Positions 28,577 through 38,978 of a DNA stretch of 64,000 bases are shown here, in pieces (position 1 is the stretch's first letter; each line of letters begins with the position of its first letter). The DNA is from a virus (Duplodnaviria; Caudoviricetes). A program made the translations under genes and the position numbers. The notes below the pieces were generated by a model. It made no database searches and was not told where the DNA came from. It saw nothing but the letters and a program-made list of their open reading frames with translations. The stretch covers positions 132,896 through 196,895 of the IMG/VR virus record IMGVR_UViG_3300037067_013660, one strand, 5' to 3'.

Positions 28577-29029
28577 TTAAACGGAACCGTCGGCGATCGT
28601 CTGGACGGTGTACCAGAAATCGTCCAACGTGGCCGTGGCGTCCACGGACGTGAGCCACCGGGTTGCCACGTCATCGAGGCCGATGTTTCGCCGAAACACC
28701 GCGACGAAATGGCGGTGGGCGGATCTGCGGTGTCGGGTGTCTTGTTCCAAGAGCCTGGTTTTTATTTCGGCGAGAGCGCGTAGTTTCGCTGGGCGACTGA
28801 TTTTTGCTGGGTGTGCCAACGCAGCGCCGATTTTCGCGAGGCGCATTTGATATTCGTCGGTCCAGTGGTCCAGCAGGTAGTGGGTGAACCCGTAGAGGTC
28901 CAGCAATGACAGTAGGTAACGATGATGAAGCGCAATGGCCAGATGTTCTTCCAGTTTGTCCATCAAAAGGGATCGCGTGTAGGCAAAGGCATATTTACGG
29001 GTCGGCATCATAGCCTCCTGGTTCCCCAA
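28577..29029 (-). CDS. Hypothetical helical protein
   Basis: GGAGG before MMPTRKYA; basic leader ending in Ala. Confidence 0.55.
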   Translation of the reverse strand: MGNQEAMMPTRKYAFAYTRSLLMDKLEEHLAIALHHRYLLSLLDLYGFTHYLLDHWTDEYQMRLAKIGAALAHPAKISRPAKLRALAEIKTRLLEQDTRHRRSAHRHFVAVFRRNIGLDDVATRWLTSVDATATLDDFWYTVQTIADGSV

Positions 29030-29053
29030 CCATAATGTAGTGGCAAAGAAACG

Positions 29054-29281
29054 TCAAGCAGATTCGAGCGAGGGTTCAAGGTCGCGGGGATCGACGGGGA
29101 TCTCGAAGCGGATGCCGCAGCGCGTACACACGACCGCCGCGTAAATCTTTAGGTTGTTGGGGTTCTGGCGAATACCAGAACCCACGCGTCCGTTGGGCGT
29201 GACGACGCGGTCATCGTGCTGCGGTACCAACGAAGCGGTACGGCACACGGGACATAGGGGCTTTTTTCGTTTCGTTTCCAT
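29054..29281 (-). CDS. Small zinc-ribbon protein
   Basis: CPVC...CTRCG. Confidence 0.55.
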   Translation of the reverse strand: METKRKKPLCPVCRTASLVPQHDDRVVTPNGRVGSGIRQNPNNLKIYAAVVCTRCGIRFEIPVDPRDLEPSLESA

Positions 29282-29385
29282 TTAGATGCAGCACGTCCAC
29301 AAGCGCCAACCGACCCAATAGGCCAGCAGCAACGTCAGTAGCGCGAGGTCCGCGATGATCAATTGTCGGGTTTCTCTTGACATCG

Positions 29386-30072
29386 TTAGTTCGTCGTTCT
29401 GTAGTATCGTAGCAAGCCCAGCCTAATTTTGCGTCTGTGTGTAGTACCAAGTTTCTTTCCCTTCTTTCCCTTCTTTGCTTTGCTTATGTTACGCTTATGT
29501 TCCTCGGTAAATATCTTGCCTTTATGTGCAGCACTCATTTTTCTTTTTGTTTCTTCTGAGTGCTTTTTACCCAGCATAGTGCCGACTCGTCCTTTTTGTG
29601 CACAACTTAGATTGCGTTTATGCTCTTCGCTAAGTTTAACTCCCTTATGTGCGTCGCTCATTCTTTTTCTGGACTCAGCACTACGTTTCTTACCTCTAGC
29701 TGCAAAATTTGGTTTGCCTGTTTTGACTTTACTTATTCGTTGACGTGTTTCTAAACTCCGCACTACTCCCAAAGAACTGGCAGCTACCGGACATATATTA
29801 TACCCATAGCGATTATCTGCGGCTCTATACTTATCCATCCAATACTGTTCTTTAATAATTAGCAATTGAACTGGTACGCGTTCAATAACTTTGAATATAA
29901 ACGCGGCAGAACCATACTTTTCAAAGCTACTTTGTAGGTGCTGATTGGGGTGTTTATTAGCATGCAAACGTTCTTTGTGTTGTCTACGTCTGTTTACTAA
30001 ATTTACCGTGCTACCTACGTACACTTTCCCATTAATCTTATTAACAATTTTGTATACTCCTGACTTAATCAT
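29386..30072 (-). CDS. Free-standing GIY-YIG homing endonuclease with NUMOD3 repeats
   Basis: [20 protein letters not shown]; repeated [10 protein letters not shown]-type motifs; AT-rich. Confidence 0.93.
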   Translation of the reverse strand: MIKSGVYKIVNKINGKVYVGSTVNLVNRRRQHKERLHANKHPNQHLQSSFEKYGSAAFIFKVIERVPVQLLIIKEQYWMDKYRAADNRYGYNICPVAASSLGVVRSLETRQRISKVKTGKPNFAARGKKRSAESRKRMSDAHKGVKLSEEHKRNLSCAQKGRVGTMLGKKHSEETKRKMSAAHKGKIFTEEHKRNISKAKKGKKGKKLGTTHRRKIRLGLLRYYRTTN

Positions 30073-30078
30073 AGTATT

Positions 30079-32451
30079 TTAATTTGTCGTAATGGTCCAG
30101 GCCCAAGGAGCCGTTTGCAACGCTGTCAAACAAGCGGCTTTGACGGCGGGCGTTGGAACTGCGTTAGTTCCGCCAGAGATGTTGATGGTACCGACCAGTG
30201 GTCTAGCCGCAGCGTTGTCGGTGAAATCCGTGAGGATCTGATCCACGGCGGCTAACGAGAGGGCGTTGCCCTCCGCTCTGAATGTCGTACACGTCGTCGC
30301 GATGGTACTGGCGGTGTAGCCCGTCAACTGATTCGTGTCCGCGTAGAAGCCCACCAACTTAGTGTTCGTCGCGAGGCTCGGGATCGAGCCAGTGAGCTGA
30401 TTCGCGTACACGTAGAGGGTCATCAACTTAGTGTTCGTCGCGAGGCTCGGGATCGAGCCAGTGAGCTGATTCGTGTGCACGCTGAAGTTCACCAGCTCAG
30501 TGTTCGTCGCGAGGCTCGGAATCGAGCCAGTGAGCTGATTCGCGTGCGCGTAGAAGCCCACCAACTTAGTGTTCGTCGCGAGGCTCGGGATCGAGCCAGT
30601 GAGCTGATTCGTGTGCACGCTGAAGGTCACCAACTTAGTGTTCGCCGCGAGGCTCGGGATCGAGCCAGTGAGCTGATTCGTGTGCACGCTGAAGTTCACG
30701 ATCGCAGTCGGACTATCCACGGCAAACGTAACGCAGTAGAGTCCCGCGACCGTGTAGGTATGGGCAACGACTTGATCGGCTCCGTTGCCCGTGTGGGACG
30801 TAACGTAGCCATCCCCCCAATCAAACCAGTAGCCCACCCCGTTGGTCACGCTGATGGTCCACGATTGCGTTGTGTCGACGGTCGTCCAGGTGAAATGGCC
30901 TTGCCGTTGGTGCACCGGCTTGGCCGTGACGTTGTGGGCCCCAAGCTTGTCGCCCGTGATTAACGAAACGCTCGTCGCGTCAGCGGCGTCATACAGCAGG
31001 TTAGGGGTCGCGGCGGCGCGGCGGATCTGCAGGGAACCACCGTAGCCCGTGGCTTCTGTTTTCGTCAGGACGCCGGTCGCGATGCACGAGATGGCTTTGC
31101 CGTCGCCGTCGTCCACGACTTTCCACGTGCCCGACGCGATGGTGTAGGGCGTGTTGGACAATTGCCCTGACGTGTCGTTTGCGAACGAGACCCACCAACT
31201 ATCGGGATCCGAGGAGTGCGTCGGGATGCGGGCGAATTGTCGGTACCGGCGTGCGATCCATGTGGCGTCTTTTTGGTCCTCGTACATCGTGAACGCCTTG
31301 ATGGTGCCGCCGAAGAAATTGGCCCCGACTTTTCCCATCAACAAGTTGGAAACCGACACGCCCGTCGCCGTCGTGACGATGACGTGGTAGGGCTGATCAA
31401 TCCGCACGCCCGTACCACCTGATACGCCGTCGAGCCAAACGGTTGGGGTCGTAAAACCCGTCGCGACGAAGTTACCGCCGCTGAACTCGATGACGTTGGT
31501 GCCGCCATCCAAATCAATGATTTTCTGATCCGTCAGGACTGGCAACCACACGATCAATTCAAATGTTTTGCACGTCGTGCCTGTGGCCCCGACCGTAACG
31601 TAGCCGGTTGATCCATCGAATACCCCGACCTTGCCGATTGCCTCGGTGGTGGTGGTGACGCTACCCGTAACGGTCCCGTGGTGGGGCGTGCGGGCGAAAT
31701 CCCGCACGGCGCCGCCGTCGAGTCGCCCGAAATCCCAAATGCCCCGCAGGTTGTTTTCGATCCCGATGACCGGGGGAAACCCAGCGGTGCGTTGGTGTAG
31801 CGCCGGGGTCTTGAGTTTCCTCGACCACGAATGTAACTGGAGGATTTCCTGTGTCGAAAGTTGGCGGTCGAACATAAGTAACGAGGTGATGTCTTGTCCA
31901 GCAGTACCAGCAAAATCAGAATAGTTTGTTCTTAGGTCTTGGGTGATGGGCGATAACGTGATGGCTAAATTGTGTGCACCGAAAAATACACCATCAACGT
32001 AGGTATCGGGAGTTCCGTTAACAGCACTACAGGTCGCGACAGACATGTGGTCCGTTAGACTTAGTTCTACGTCACTGTGTATAGTGCCGTTCCATACACG
32101 CAATTTACCTACGACTGTATCGTATTTCCACGAAAATTTTTGTCCGACTCCATCGTATCCTCTAATAAAAACTTGATAAGGTCCTAATGCGAATGGATTT
32201 CCACTGGCAAAACAAGTCCAAGCGTCACCGTCTAACGATTGCCTAACATCATACGCGTAATTGTTTGTCGCGTTCCACCCGCAGCGCAAATGCAACACGT
32301 TGTTTTTTACGACCCACTCGTTCGCCGCCACCAACGCGGTATTGGCCGCTCCAGTGAGTGACCAGTCGCGCATTGACCCTGTGCACGGAATAACCGCGAA
32401 AACGCAGGAATTGACAATCGCTGGAGATAGATCGTGCAAAGCGTTATCCAT
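30079..32451 (-). CDS. Large virion/adhesin-like protein: LamG-like, PKD-like and leucine-rich-repeat domains
   Basis: FDGSTGYV and FDRQLSTQEI (LamG-like); FDWGDG...HTYTVAGLY (PKD-like); 23-aa NQLTGSIPSL repeats. Confidence 0.8.
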   Translation of the reverse strand: MDNALHDLSPAIVNSCVFAVIPCTGSMRDWSLTGAANTALVAANEWVVKNNVLHLRCGWNATNNYAYDVRQSLDGDAWTCFASGNPFALGPYQVFIRGYDGVGQKFSWKYDTVVGKLRVWNGTIHSDVELSLTDHMSVATCSAVNGTPDTYVDGVFFGAHNLAITLSPITQDLRTNYSDFAGTAGQDITSLLMFDRQLSTQEILQLHSWSRKLKTPALHQRTAGFPPVIGIENNLRGIWDFGRLDGGAVRDFARTPHHGTVTGSVTTTTEAIGKVGVFDGSTGYVTVGATGTTCKTFELIVWLPVLTDQKIIDLDGGTNVIEFSGGNFVATGFTTPTVWLDGVSGGTGVRIDQPYHVIVTTATGVSVSNLLMGKVGANFFGGTIKAFTMYEDQKDATWIARRYRQFARIPTHSSDPDSWWVSFANDTSGQLSNTPYTIASGTWKVVDDGDGKAISCIATGVLTKTEATGYGGSLQIRRAAATPNLLYDAADATSVSLITGDKLGAHNVTAKPVHQRQGHFTWTTVDTTQSWTISVTNGVGYWFDWGDGYVTSHTGNGADQVVAHTYTVAGLYCVTFAVDSPTAIVNFSVHTNQLTGSIPSLAANTKLVTFSVHTNQLTGSIPSLATNTKLVGFYAHANQLTGSIPSLATNTELVNFSVHTNQLTGSIPSLATNTKLMTLYVYANQLTGSIPSLATNTKLVGFYADTNQLTGYTASTIATTCTTFRAEGNALSLAAVDQILTDFTDNAAARPLVGTINISGGTNAVPTPAVKAACLTALQTAPWAWTITTN
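30328..30699 (-). repeat. 69-bp tandem repeat (~5.4 copies) encoding plant-type LRRs
   Basis: Near-identical gtgttcgtcgcgaggctcgggatcgagccagtgagctgattcg framework. Confidence 0.95.
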
Positions 32452-32511
32452 CGGTATTTCCTCGCGGTGGCGTTAGCATGAGCTAATACCGAGCCTCGTG
32501 ATTGTCCATCG

Positions 32512-34584
32512 TTACCTCAGAATTTCGACGCTATTGATGAAGCCGGTGCACGTCGGCGAACCCGATAACAACACGGACGTAACGTCGGGCACGACGCACG
32601 GACCCGACGAGTAAGAACCAGACGTCGTGACTTGAGCACCAGGCTGCCAGTAACGACGGAACGTCGTGTTGTCAATACTCCAAACCGGGGATCCAGTCGA
32701 TACAACACTCGCGAGAGTCGGGATGACGGAGAACCCCTCGACTTCTGTGATGGTCGGAAGCCATAGGGTAAACTCTGTGCCGCTGAACGTCGGCGTAACG
32801 GCACCAGTACCGTCCGCCGCCCACGCATCCGTGACCCTGACGGCCGGATGGTTACGTGAAATGAGCGTCCAATTATCATTCAACGCAGCGTGTGTGCAAT
32901 CTACACTCCAGTTGCCCGTACCCGTCGTGTTCGTAATGGACAACGTACCGGCGCTACATTTCAACCACATGATCGGGTAGACGGTCGATAACGCAGTGTA
33001 ACCACTGGCGGTCGTCGAGATGGTTGCGACGTTAGAAATCGTATAGGCCGTCTTTGATCCATCCGGGGCAACTGCGGGAGTACCGTGGAGAGTCACGGAA
33101 ACGTCGTCGAACTCAACAAAGGTATTGATCGCAGCGCTAGACCCCCATAGTGATAGGCTTGTTGAATAAGCCAGGGCGATCATACTGCACTCTTGCCACG
33201 CCACGTCCGATGTTCCCATACAGGCGTAGGGCAAGCCTGTGGCGTAGGCCGTTGATATGCGGGGGGCGGCTGTGCCGTCCCCGCGCTGCCATCCGTACAA
33301 ATTGTAATACTGGCCTACAGTCAGTATTACTTGCCGTACCTGTGGCTGTAGCGTCGATCCGTTGTTCAGTGCCTTGGCATTCTGCGCCCCACCGTGCGGA
33401 GATGCGTTTTCCTTGGTGGCAGTTGTCTGCGACCCGGGCGTCCAGTCTCCCACTCCCACTGCCTCCATATCCCCATCCGTCAGCAGCTCCGGATTCCCCG
33501 TCACCGTCCAGTTGTTGAGCGCCGCCGAGTAGAGCAGCCGGTTGACGCGCCCTGGCTCCGTCGCCCAGGCCACTCGCGATCCATCCCAGGCATACCCCGC
33601 TGCTCCACCGGGCAGGCAGACTGCCGAGGTAGCCGACATAGCGAAGCAGCGCGCACCGCCCGTCTGCGTCCAGGTCGTGTCCGAGTACGCCGGATGAGTG
33701 CGGCGAAGGGGCTGGGTGAAGTCACCGCAGAGGGCCTGGTGCTGCTCTAGCGTCAGGGCGACTGGCCCGTCATAGCGCAGGCGCGTAACCGCCCCTTCCA
33801 TGGCCGCGCTGGGCCCACTCATGATGTAGATAGATTTGTTCGTGTAGCCGATGCTCCCGTGCGCCGTCGAGTTGATCGTCAGCAGTGTGGCCCCATTGCG
33901 ATACACCTTTGTCTTGTTGGCTCCGCTGGCGTCGTAGGCCAGGGTGTAGCAGGCCCATTCTTGGCGGGCCTTGTCCAGTCCCCCTACACCACCTGCCCCC
34001 CCCGTCCCCCTGGCCTGGTACTGCCATGTCCCGGCTGTCTCCTGCACCATGTATAGGTAATGCCCCCCTGAGTCGTGGAAAGCCCATGGCTGACCCGACA
34101 GCCCCGGGAGATTGCTGCGCTGGATCCATGTCACCGAGTGCTTATCAGAGAGGGTCAGTGTGTGACCGGAGAAATTTGCGTAGTATCCGGTGCCATCGAC
34201 ATAGGTCGTTTTTTCGCTGGTCCACGACACCCCCCCTGAGCCGTCGCGCACGGGCAAGCCAGCCACTACCCCTTCCCTGTGCCCTGAGCCCATCTTGGCC
34301 AAGGTGACACCCTGGGTCCCGTAGTCCGTGAGGTTGCCGGTCCCGCCGGTGTAGTAGCAATTTTGGGGCGCGTCCCATCCCATGTCCCCGCAGAATTGCC
34401 CCGCGCCCGTACCACGAGCGGGGAGAGCGCCGATGTCGCGCATAACCAACATCTGCAACAGCGTATCGCGTACCGCCGGCACTTGACTCGTGTAGACGGA
34501 CGTCGCGATCGCCGCTGCCGCTACGACGGCCGTGCCCGACGCAATCGAAACCCAGCGCTTGCGTTTGTTTTGCCAGAAACCCAT
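32512..34584 (-). CDS. Large virion/fibre-like protein with LamG-like and CBM-like domains
   Basis: LLTDGDME...VEFDDVSV (CBM4/9-like); EPGRVNRLLYS; Gly/Thr/Trp-rich; hydrophobic N-terminal segment. Confidence 0.65.
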   Translation of the reverse strand: MGFWQNKRKRWVSIASGTAVVAAAAIATSVYTSQVPAVRDTLLQMLVMRDIGALPARGTGAGQFCGDMGWDAPQNCYYTGGTGNLTDYGTQGVTLAKMGSGHREGVVAGLPVRDGSGGVSWTSEKTTYVDGTGYYANFSGHTLTLSDKHSVTWIQRSNLPGLSGQPWAFHDSGGHYLYMVQETAGTWQYQARGTGGAGGVGGLDKARQEWACYTLAYDASGANKTKVYRNGATLLTINSTAHGSIGYTNKSIYIMSGPSAAMEGAVTRLRYDGPVALTLEQHQALCGDFTQPLRRTHPAYSDTTWTQTGGARCFAMSATSAVCLPGGAAGYAWDGSRVAWATEPGRVNRLLYSAALNNWTVTGNPELLTDGDMEAVGVGDWTPGSQTTATKENASPHGGAQNAKALNNGSTLQPQVRQVILTVGQYYNLYGWQRGDGTAAPRISTAYATGLPYACMGTSDVAWQECSMIALAYSTSLSLWGSSAAINTFVEFDDVSVTLHGTPAVAPDGSKTAYTISNVATISTTASGYTALSTVYPIMWLKCSAGTLSITNTTGTGNWSVDCTHAALNDNWTLISRNHPAVRVTDAWAADGTGAVTPTFSGTEFTLWLPTITEVEGFSVIPTLASVVSTGSPVWSIDNTTFRRYWQPGAQVTTSGSYSSGPCVVPDVTSVLLSGSPTCTGFINSVEILR

Positions 34585-34632
34585 CGCTACCCCACTTTCG
34601 TTAGAATTCTGAATCTAAAGAGAGGGAAACCG

Positions 34633-35037
34633 TCACATGACTCCCCGTACCTTGATGGACCACGTACCATCGGTATAATCGTCGACCTGCATGGCGACCG
34701 ATTGGGCACCAGCGGGCGCCACCAACTCGATGAACTGTGAATCTTGGTCACCGGCAACAAACGCGTTGCGCATCGACAAGATGCCCAAGAAATGCCACTC
34801 GTCTTCTGCGTCTTTGTAGTGCATGCGGAGCGTACAGGTTTGCGTCACGCCGCCCGCGACCGCGTAGCTGATGTGCCACAACGGCCACTCGCCGTCCGTC
34901 CGCAGCACCACCGCTTTGGCTGCTGTTTTGGCATCACCTTCCGTGACGTTGGCCGCGATGCTCCAAGCAGCGCCGCCAAACAAAGCAGAGTAACTACGAG
35001 GTCCCGCGATAATGGTTCTGATGGTAACGAGTCCCAT
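34633..35037 (-). CDS. Probable structural protein (beta-rich)
   Basis: GGAG RBS; context. Confidence 0.5.
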   Translation of the reverse strand: MGLVTIRTIIAGPRSYSALFGGAAWSIAANVTEGDAKTAAKAVVLRTDGEWPLWHISYAVAGGVTQTCTLRMHYKDAEDEWHFLGILSMRNAFVAGDQDSQFIELVAPAGAQSVAMQVDDYTDGTWSIKVRGVM

Positions 35038-35046
35038 TGATATCTC

Positions 35047-35589
35047 CTACTTCAAACACTTGACAAGCTCAGGCTTTGTCCAGACGTTGATTTCTCCGGT
35101 GACGAGTCGAAGCAGTTCGGCAGAGAATAACTTCAGGTTCGGTGCCGTCACGACGTAGTCGCCCTGCAGCACAGCCCGGAAATTGCAGACGCACGGGCAC
35201 GCGGTCGTCGGCTTCATGACGCCACAACATTTGTCAGGCAACACTAGCCCCTTGTCACGGCATAGTTTGCACGGCGCGAGACTCGGCACCAATTGCTCTC
35301 CTGAACACTTCGAGACGTACCAATCGGCCGGCACGTAGGCTAAAAACCAGTCCCGCCGAACCGCGTAGCCCAAACACTTTTCCAACGCCACGACTTTGGC
35401 GTCCAGGTCCGCGCGAAACGCTGTGGTGTCGTCCTTGGTGGGCGCGATGTACTGTACGCCGCCCGGCGTTTTCTTGGCGGCCTTGCGATTCACCGGATAC
35501 GCCGTGACGTTACTGAAGTACCAGGGTCCATATCCGCGCTGTGGACACGCGGTCAGCAGCAGCGCCGCTATTGCCAGAAGGATTCGCAC
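35047..35589 (-). CDS. Cys-rich lipoprotein
   Basis: GTG start MRILLAIAALLLTAC (lipobox LTAC). Confidence 0.7.
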   Translation of the reverse strand: MRILLAIAALLLTACPQRGYGPWYFSNVTAYPVNRKAAKKTPGGVQYIAPTKDDTTAFRADLDAKVVALEKCLGYAVRRDWFLAYVPADWYVSKCSGEQLVPSLAPCKLCRDKGLVLPDKCCGVMKPTTACPCVCNFRAVLQGDYVVTAPNLKLFSAELLRLVTGEINVWTKPELVKCLK

Positions 35590-35957
35590 GTCACACCAGC
35601 GGTCGTCTCGTTCAGCACCATCGTCAGGATGCCCATCTCGACCATCACGGTGGATTCGGGACAAACCTCCACCCCGTCCTTGACGTCGGTATCGACGACC
35701 TCGTCGTCCAGGTAAAAGTCGCACATAATATCGGCCGTACGGACGACGTCCTGCGGGTTGTGGAGCGGCACGACCGCCAACATCGACAGGGCATCCCCGT
35801 CCCGTGTATTGTCTAAGATAGGGGTTGCGTCGTAGGGCTCAACTGCAGCAACATCGCCCTGGTAATGTTTGCAGGGCGAGACGTTGGGATCGCATCCGTT
35901 GCACGCACTCAGCATCGAAACGAACAAACCCAAAAGTACAAAGTACCGCATGACCAC
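35568..35957 (-). CDS. Lipoprotein
   Basis: MRYFVLLGLFVSMLSAC (lipobox LSAC); GAGGTG RBS. Confidence 0.7.
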   Translation of the reverse strand: MVMRYFVLLGLFVSMLSACNGCDPNVSPCKHYQGDVAAVEPYDATPILDNTRDGDALSMLAVVPLHNPQDVVRTADIMCDFYLDDEVVDTDVKDGVEVCPESTVMVEMGILTMVLNETTAGVTCESFWQ

Positions 35958-36017
35958 CTCTTCTCTTTTCCGTCGTTGTGCGTTATCTATTTCGGCGTTG
36001 GCCGAAAACGCAGAGAA

Positions 36018-37364
36018 CTAAGCTGAACAGGTTTCACCGGGCTTGCGTTCGATCTGGTAGACCAGGCGATCAATGGGTTCGCCCCGCTGGTCCAGTTGGA
36101 AAACGTCGCCCGTAGGATCGATGACGTAGACGCGCTCGGTCTTCAGGTAGTTCTTGAGGGCGTCTTGCTTCCACATCTCTTCGTACTGATCGGCACTCAG
36201 GCAAGTGGTTTGCTGGCCGCCCGGCAGTCCGGGTTTACCCCGGTATTCGAACTTGTAGACGTCGCCCTCGTACTGCAGGACGAACAGGCTTTTGGCTCGC
36301 GCGGCTTTGAATTCCTGTTCCGTCATGGAGCCATCGGTCTCGATGGTTCCGCCAGGCGGCGGGCTGTACTGTGGGTTCGCGGCGTTCTGGCTCAACAGCA
36401 CCAGGTTCACCATCATGGTGAGGGCCTGTTTGAATTTCGCTTCGTCTGGTCCCGTCTCCAACAGCTTGCCGCCGCACAACACAAACCCAGCCGTTACGAA
36501 CTGGACGGCGTTGCTTTGTCCGGCGGTCCGGCGGAACGCCATCAGGATGTGTTCAAATGGTGCGGGTGTCGAGAGCCCCACGACCACGCGGTCTTTATCG
36601 TACGTGAGGATCTGGGCGCCGCCGCTGTACTGCTCGTGCTGCGTCAACTCTATGACCTTTTGCTCCACCAGTTGGCGCGACGGCGTAAAACGACCACGAG
36701 CATTCTGGAAGAACGCGACGAGACGCTGCCAATCCTCGTCCTCCATTTTCTGGAGGATCTTGATCGCCTGCTTCACGACCGTATCGTTACCCAGGGTGTT
36801 GGGCTTTTCCTTCGTCATCGCGTCGGTCAACTTCTTGACGATGTCCTGACGATTTTGCAGATCGAACTCTCCGACCAACGACTCCAACTTCGCCAACACG
36901 GGAGGAAACTGCGTCTCCATCCACTCGATGGCCTGGACGGTATTTTTCTGTTGCTTGCCCGTCAGCTTCGCTTTGTTGGGGTTCGACGGCGTCAACGACG
37001 CCAACGTGCTGAACGACTCCAGCATCGTGACGATGTCGACGGCCGAGGACGCAACGTAACCGACGCGGCACATTTCCGCCACGGCTTCCTGCAGCTTGGG
37101 TTTTTCCCCACCCAAGTTGAAGTCGAACGTCATGAGCATCGGGATACCGAACGGCATGACCAACTGATTCGTTACGTCGATGCCGTCGCCCTCGACCGTT
37201 ATGGCAGGCTTATCCTGTGTCTTCAACTTGTACTTCGCCAGCAATGAAGCTGAACCCTCGACCGCCGCCACTTGTTTGGCTTGTTCGATGGCATCGATGG
37301 CCTTGGGCTTCGTATCAGGTTCCTGCGCCTCACGGTACAGGTGCCCCGCATATTTGATCAGCAT
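36018..37364 (-). CDS. Putative internal head protein
   Basis: Leader MLIKYAGHLYREA; head-module context. Confidence 0.6.
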   Translation of the reverse strand: MLIKYAGHLYREAQEPDTKPKAIDAIEQAKQVAAVEGSASLLAKYKLKTQDKPAITVEGDGIDVTNQLVMPFGIPMLMTFDFNLGGEKPKLQEAVAEMCRVGYVASSAVDIVTMLESFSTLASLTPSNPNKAKLTGKQQKNTVQAIEWMETQFPPVLAKLESLVGEFDLQNRQDIVKKLTDAMTKEKPNTLGNDTVVKQAIKILQKMEDEDWQRLVAFFQNARGRFTPSRQLVEQKVIELTQHEQYSGGAQILTYDKDRVVVGLSTPAPFEHILMAFRRTAGQSNAVQFVTAGFVLCGGKLLETGPDEAKFKQALTMMVNLVLLSQNAANPQYSPPPGGTIETDGSMTEQEFKAARAKSLFVLQYEGDVYKFEYRGKPGLPGGQQTTCLSADQYEEMWKQDALKNYLKTERVYVIDPTGDVFQLDQRGEPIDRLVYQIERKPGETCSA

Positions 37365-37374
37365 GGCGCTACAC

Positions 37375-38163
37375 CTAAACGTAGTGGTTGAGTCGCACGG
37401 CAAACGTATCGACGAGGTCGAGGAACTGGTCGGCCTCGGCCTTGGGCACCACGCCGGTCTCGACCATGAAGCCGTAGAGACAGACCATCTCCGACCGATC
37501 CAGTTGGTTTTGCTGCTGGAACATCAAACCCCAGTCCTCTAGTCGGAGATTCTTGCGGTTGCCCCGCCCCGGCATGTAGGTGTTGCGAACCTTCCAATAG
37601 CCGCGCCAGAAAAGCTCCGTGAGGGCCAGGAGGTCGTCCAGCGGTAGGAGGGCGTCGTCCTGGCTCCAACGCTGTAGTGCGGGCCGTACGGGCACGTAGG
37701 AGTCTCGGTGGTACTGGTCGTTCGGGTTGCCTTCAGCGGCCTGGGGCGCGGGCTCCAGCGCGGGGTAAAGGGCTCGGCGTCGCATGTTGCCTCCATCGTA
37801 GCTGTAGTAGCGCTGCTGCCAGCGGCGCCAGTGGTTCTGGGGTCGCCACGTCACGTCCGTCAGGGTCGAGGGCATGTTGGGATCCCGTGGTCCCCAATAG
37901 GTCGGGAGCACTCGGATGTCATGCAACTCGGGGTTGTGCTGCATGGCGTCTTCGTCGTACCAACCGGATTCAATTTCTGGTCTATCGATCTTCGGTTCCA
38001 TGGCGTACGCGAGGTCATCGAGCGATACCGTGATGGTCTCGTTGGTGTCGACGACTACGAGGTCAACGACGTCGTCCCGTACCTTCACGACGACGGCACC
38101 CTCGTCGCCAAAGTCATGGCCCTCTAGTTCCGAAATGACGTCGCCTTTTTGAAGCTTATCCAT
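37375..38163 (-). CDS. Two-module putative head protein
   Basis: SH3-like acidic N-module, internal MRRRA linker. Confidence 0.6.
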   Translation of the reverse strand: MDKLQKGDVISELEGHDFGDEGAVVVKVRDDVVDLVVVDTNETITVSLDDLAYAMEPKIDRPEIESGWYDEDAMQHNPELHDIRVLPTYWGPRDPNMPSTLTDVTWRPQNHWRRWQQRYYSYDGGNMRRRALYPALEPAPQAAEGNPNDQYHRDSYVPVRPALQRWSQDDALLPLDDLLALTELFWRGYWKVRNTYMPGRGNRKNLRLEDWGLMFQQQNQLDRSEMVCLYGFMVETGVVPKAEADQFLDLVDTFAVRLNHYV

Positions 38164-38202
38164 AACGCCCCTTTGATTGTCGTACGGTGATCGAACGAGA
38201 AA

Positions 38203-38952
38203 CTAATTCAGTCGCCAGTAGACGCCGCTATCAGGAAGGTCACTGAGTTCACCATCGTAGTGACCAAGGAAATGCCCCGCCCCGTCGGTCCTGACGGCAT
38301 CTTTGGCGGCCTCGTCGATGTCGATGCCCCCGAACCGAAGCGCCTGTTTCATGCCTTCTTCTTGTCCGAACATGTCGACCAAGTAGCCGACGGGATCACT
38401 CAACCGCTCCTCTACTTCGCGCTGTACGAAATCGTCGAGGTTTTCGTCGATGGCTTTGCGGAGCAGGTCTTCGTCTACCGCGACGTCGCCGTCCTCGTCC
38501 TCTACCTCGTAGTCCGAAGGATCCAACCCCATGCGTTCCGCCACGTCTTTTGGATCGCGGTCAGCGTCGTACGTCAGATCATTGTAGAGGCTGTCGAATT
38601 CGTCGCTGTAGAGATCGCGACGGATACGGTCCACGTTGATGAAGTTTTCAAGCCAACTTTGAGTGAAAAGCTCTGGTTCTTGCTCCAGGTCCTGCGCCAC
38701 GATCTCGATGGCCAGTTCCTCGGCCGTATCGTAGGAATCGGCCACGGCGAACTCCCGCTGGCCGATCTCCACCTGTACGACGGTTCCGATGCCAGAGGAA
38801 AAACCGTTGAACCCATCGCGCAGTTTAGCACCGTCAGGGTCTTCGTCTTCAACGTCAAAGAACTGTTCCAACGCAGCGGCGAGGGCTTCGCCGTATTCGG
38901 CGGACCACTCGGCCTGCTGCTCGGGAGAAACCTTTTCGGCTTTACGTATCAT
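38203..38952 (-). CDS. Highly acidic putative head cargo protein
   Basis: MIRKA leader; D/E-rich; ends DGAGHFLGHYDG...YWRLN. Confidence 0.65.
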   Translation of the reverse strand: MIRKAEKVSPEQQAEWSAEYGEALAAALEQFFDVEDEDPDGAKLRDGFNGFSSGIGTVVQVEIGQREFAVADSYDTAEELAIEIVAQDLEQEPELFTQSWLENFINVDRIRRDLYSDEFDSLYNDLTYDADRDPKDVAERMGLDPSDYEVEDEDGDVAVDEDLLRKAIDENLDDFVQREVEERLSDPVGYLVDMFGQEEGMKQALRFGGIDIDEAAKDAVRTDGAGHFLGHYDGELSDLPDSGVYWRLN

Positions 38953-38978
38953 TTTACTGCGCTCTCTCTTGCGAGACG

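Noticed and set aside
29386-30072. Group I intron around the GIY-YIG gene
   Set aside because: The ORF abuts intact neighbours with only a few nucleotides of spacing, leaving no room for a ribozyme core and no split host gene
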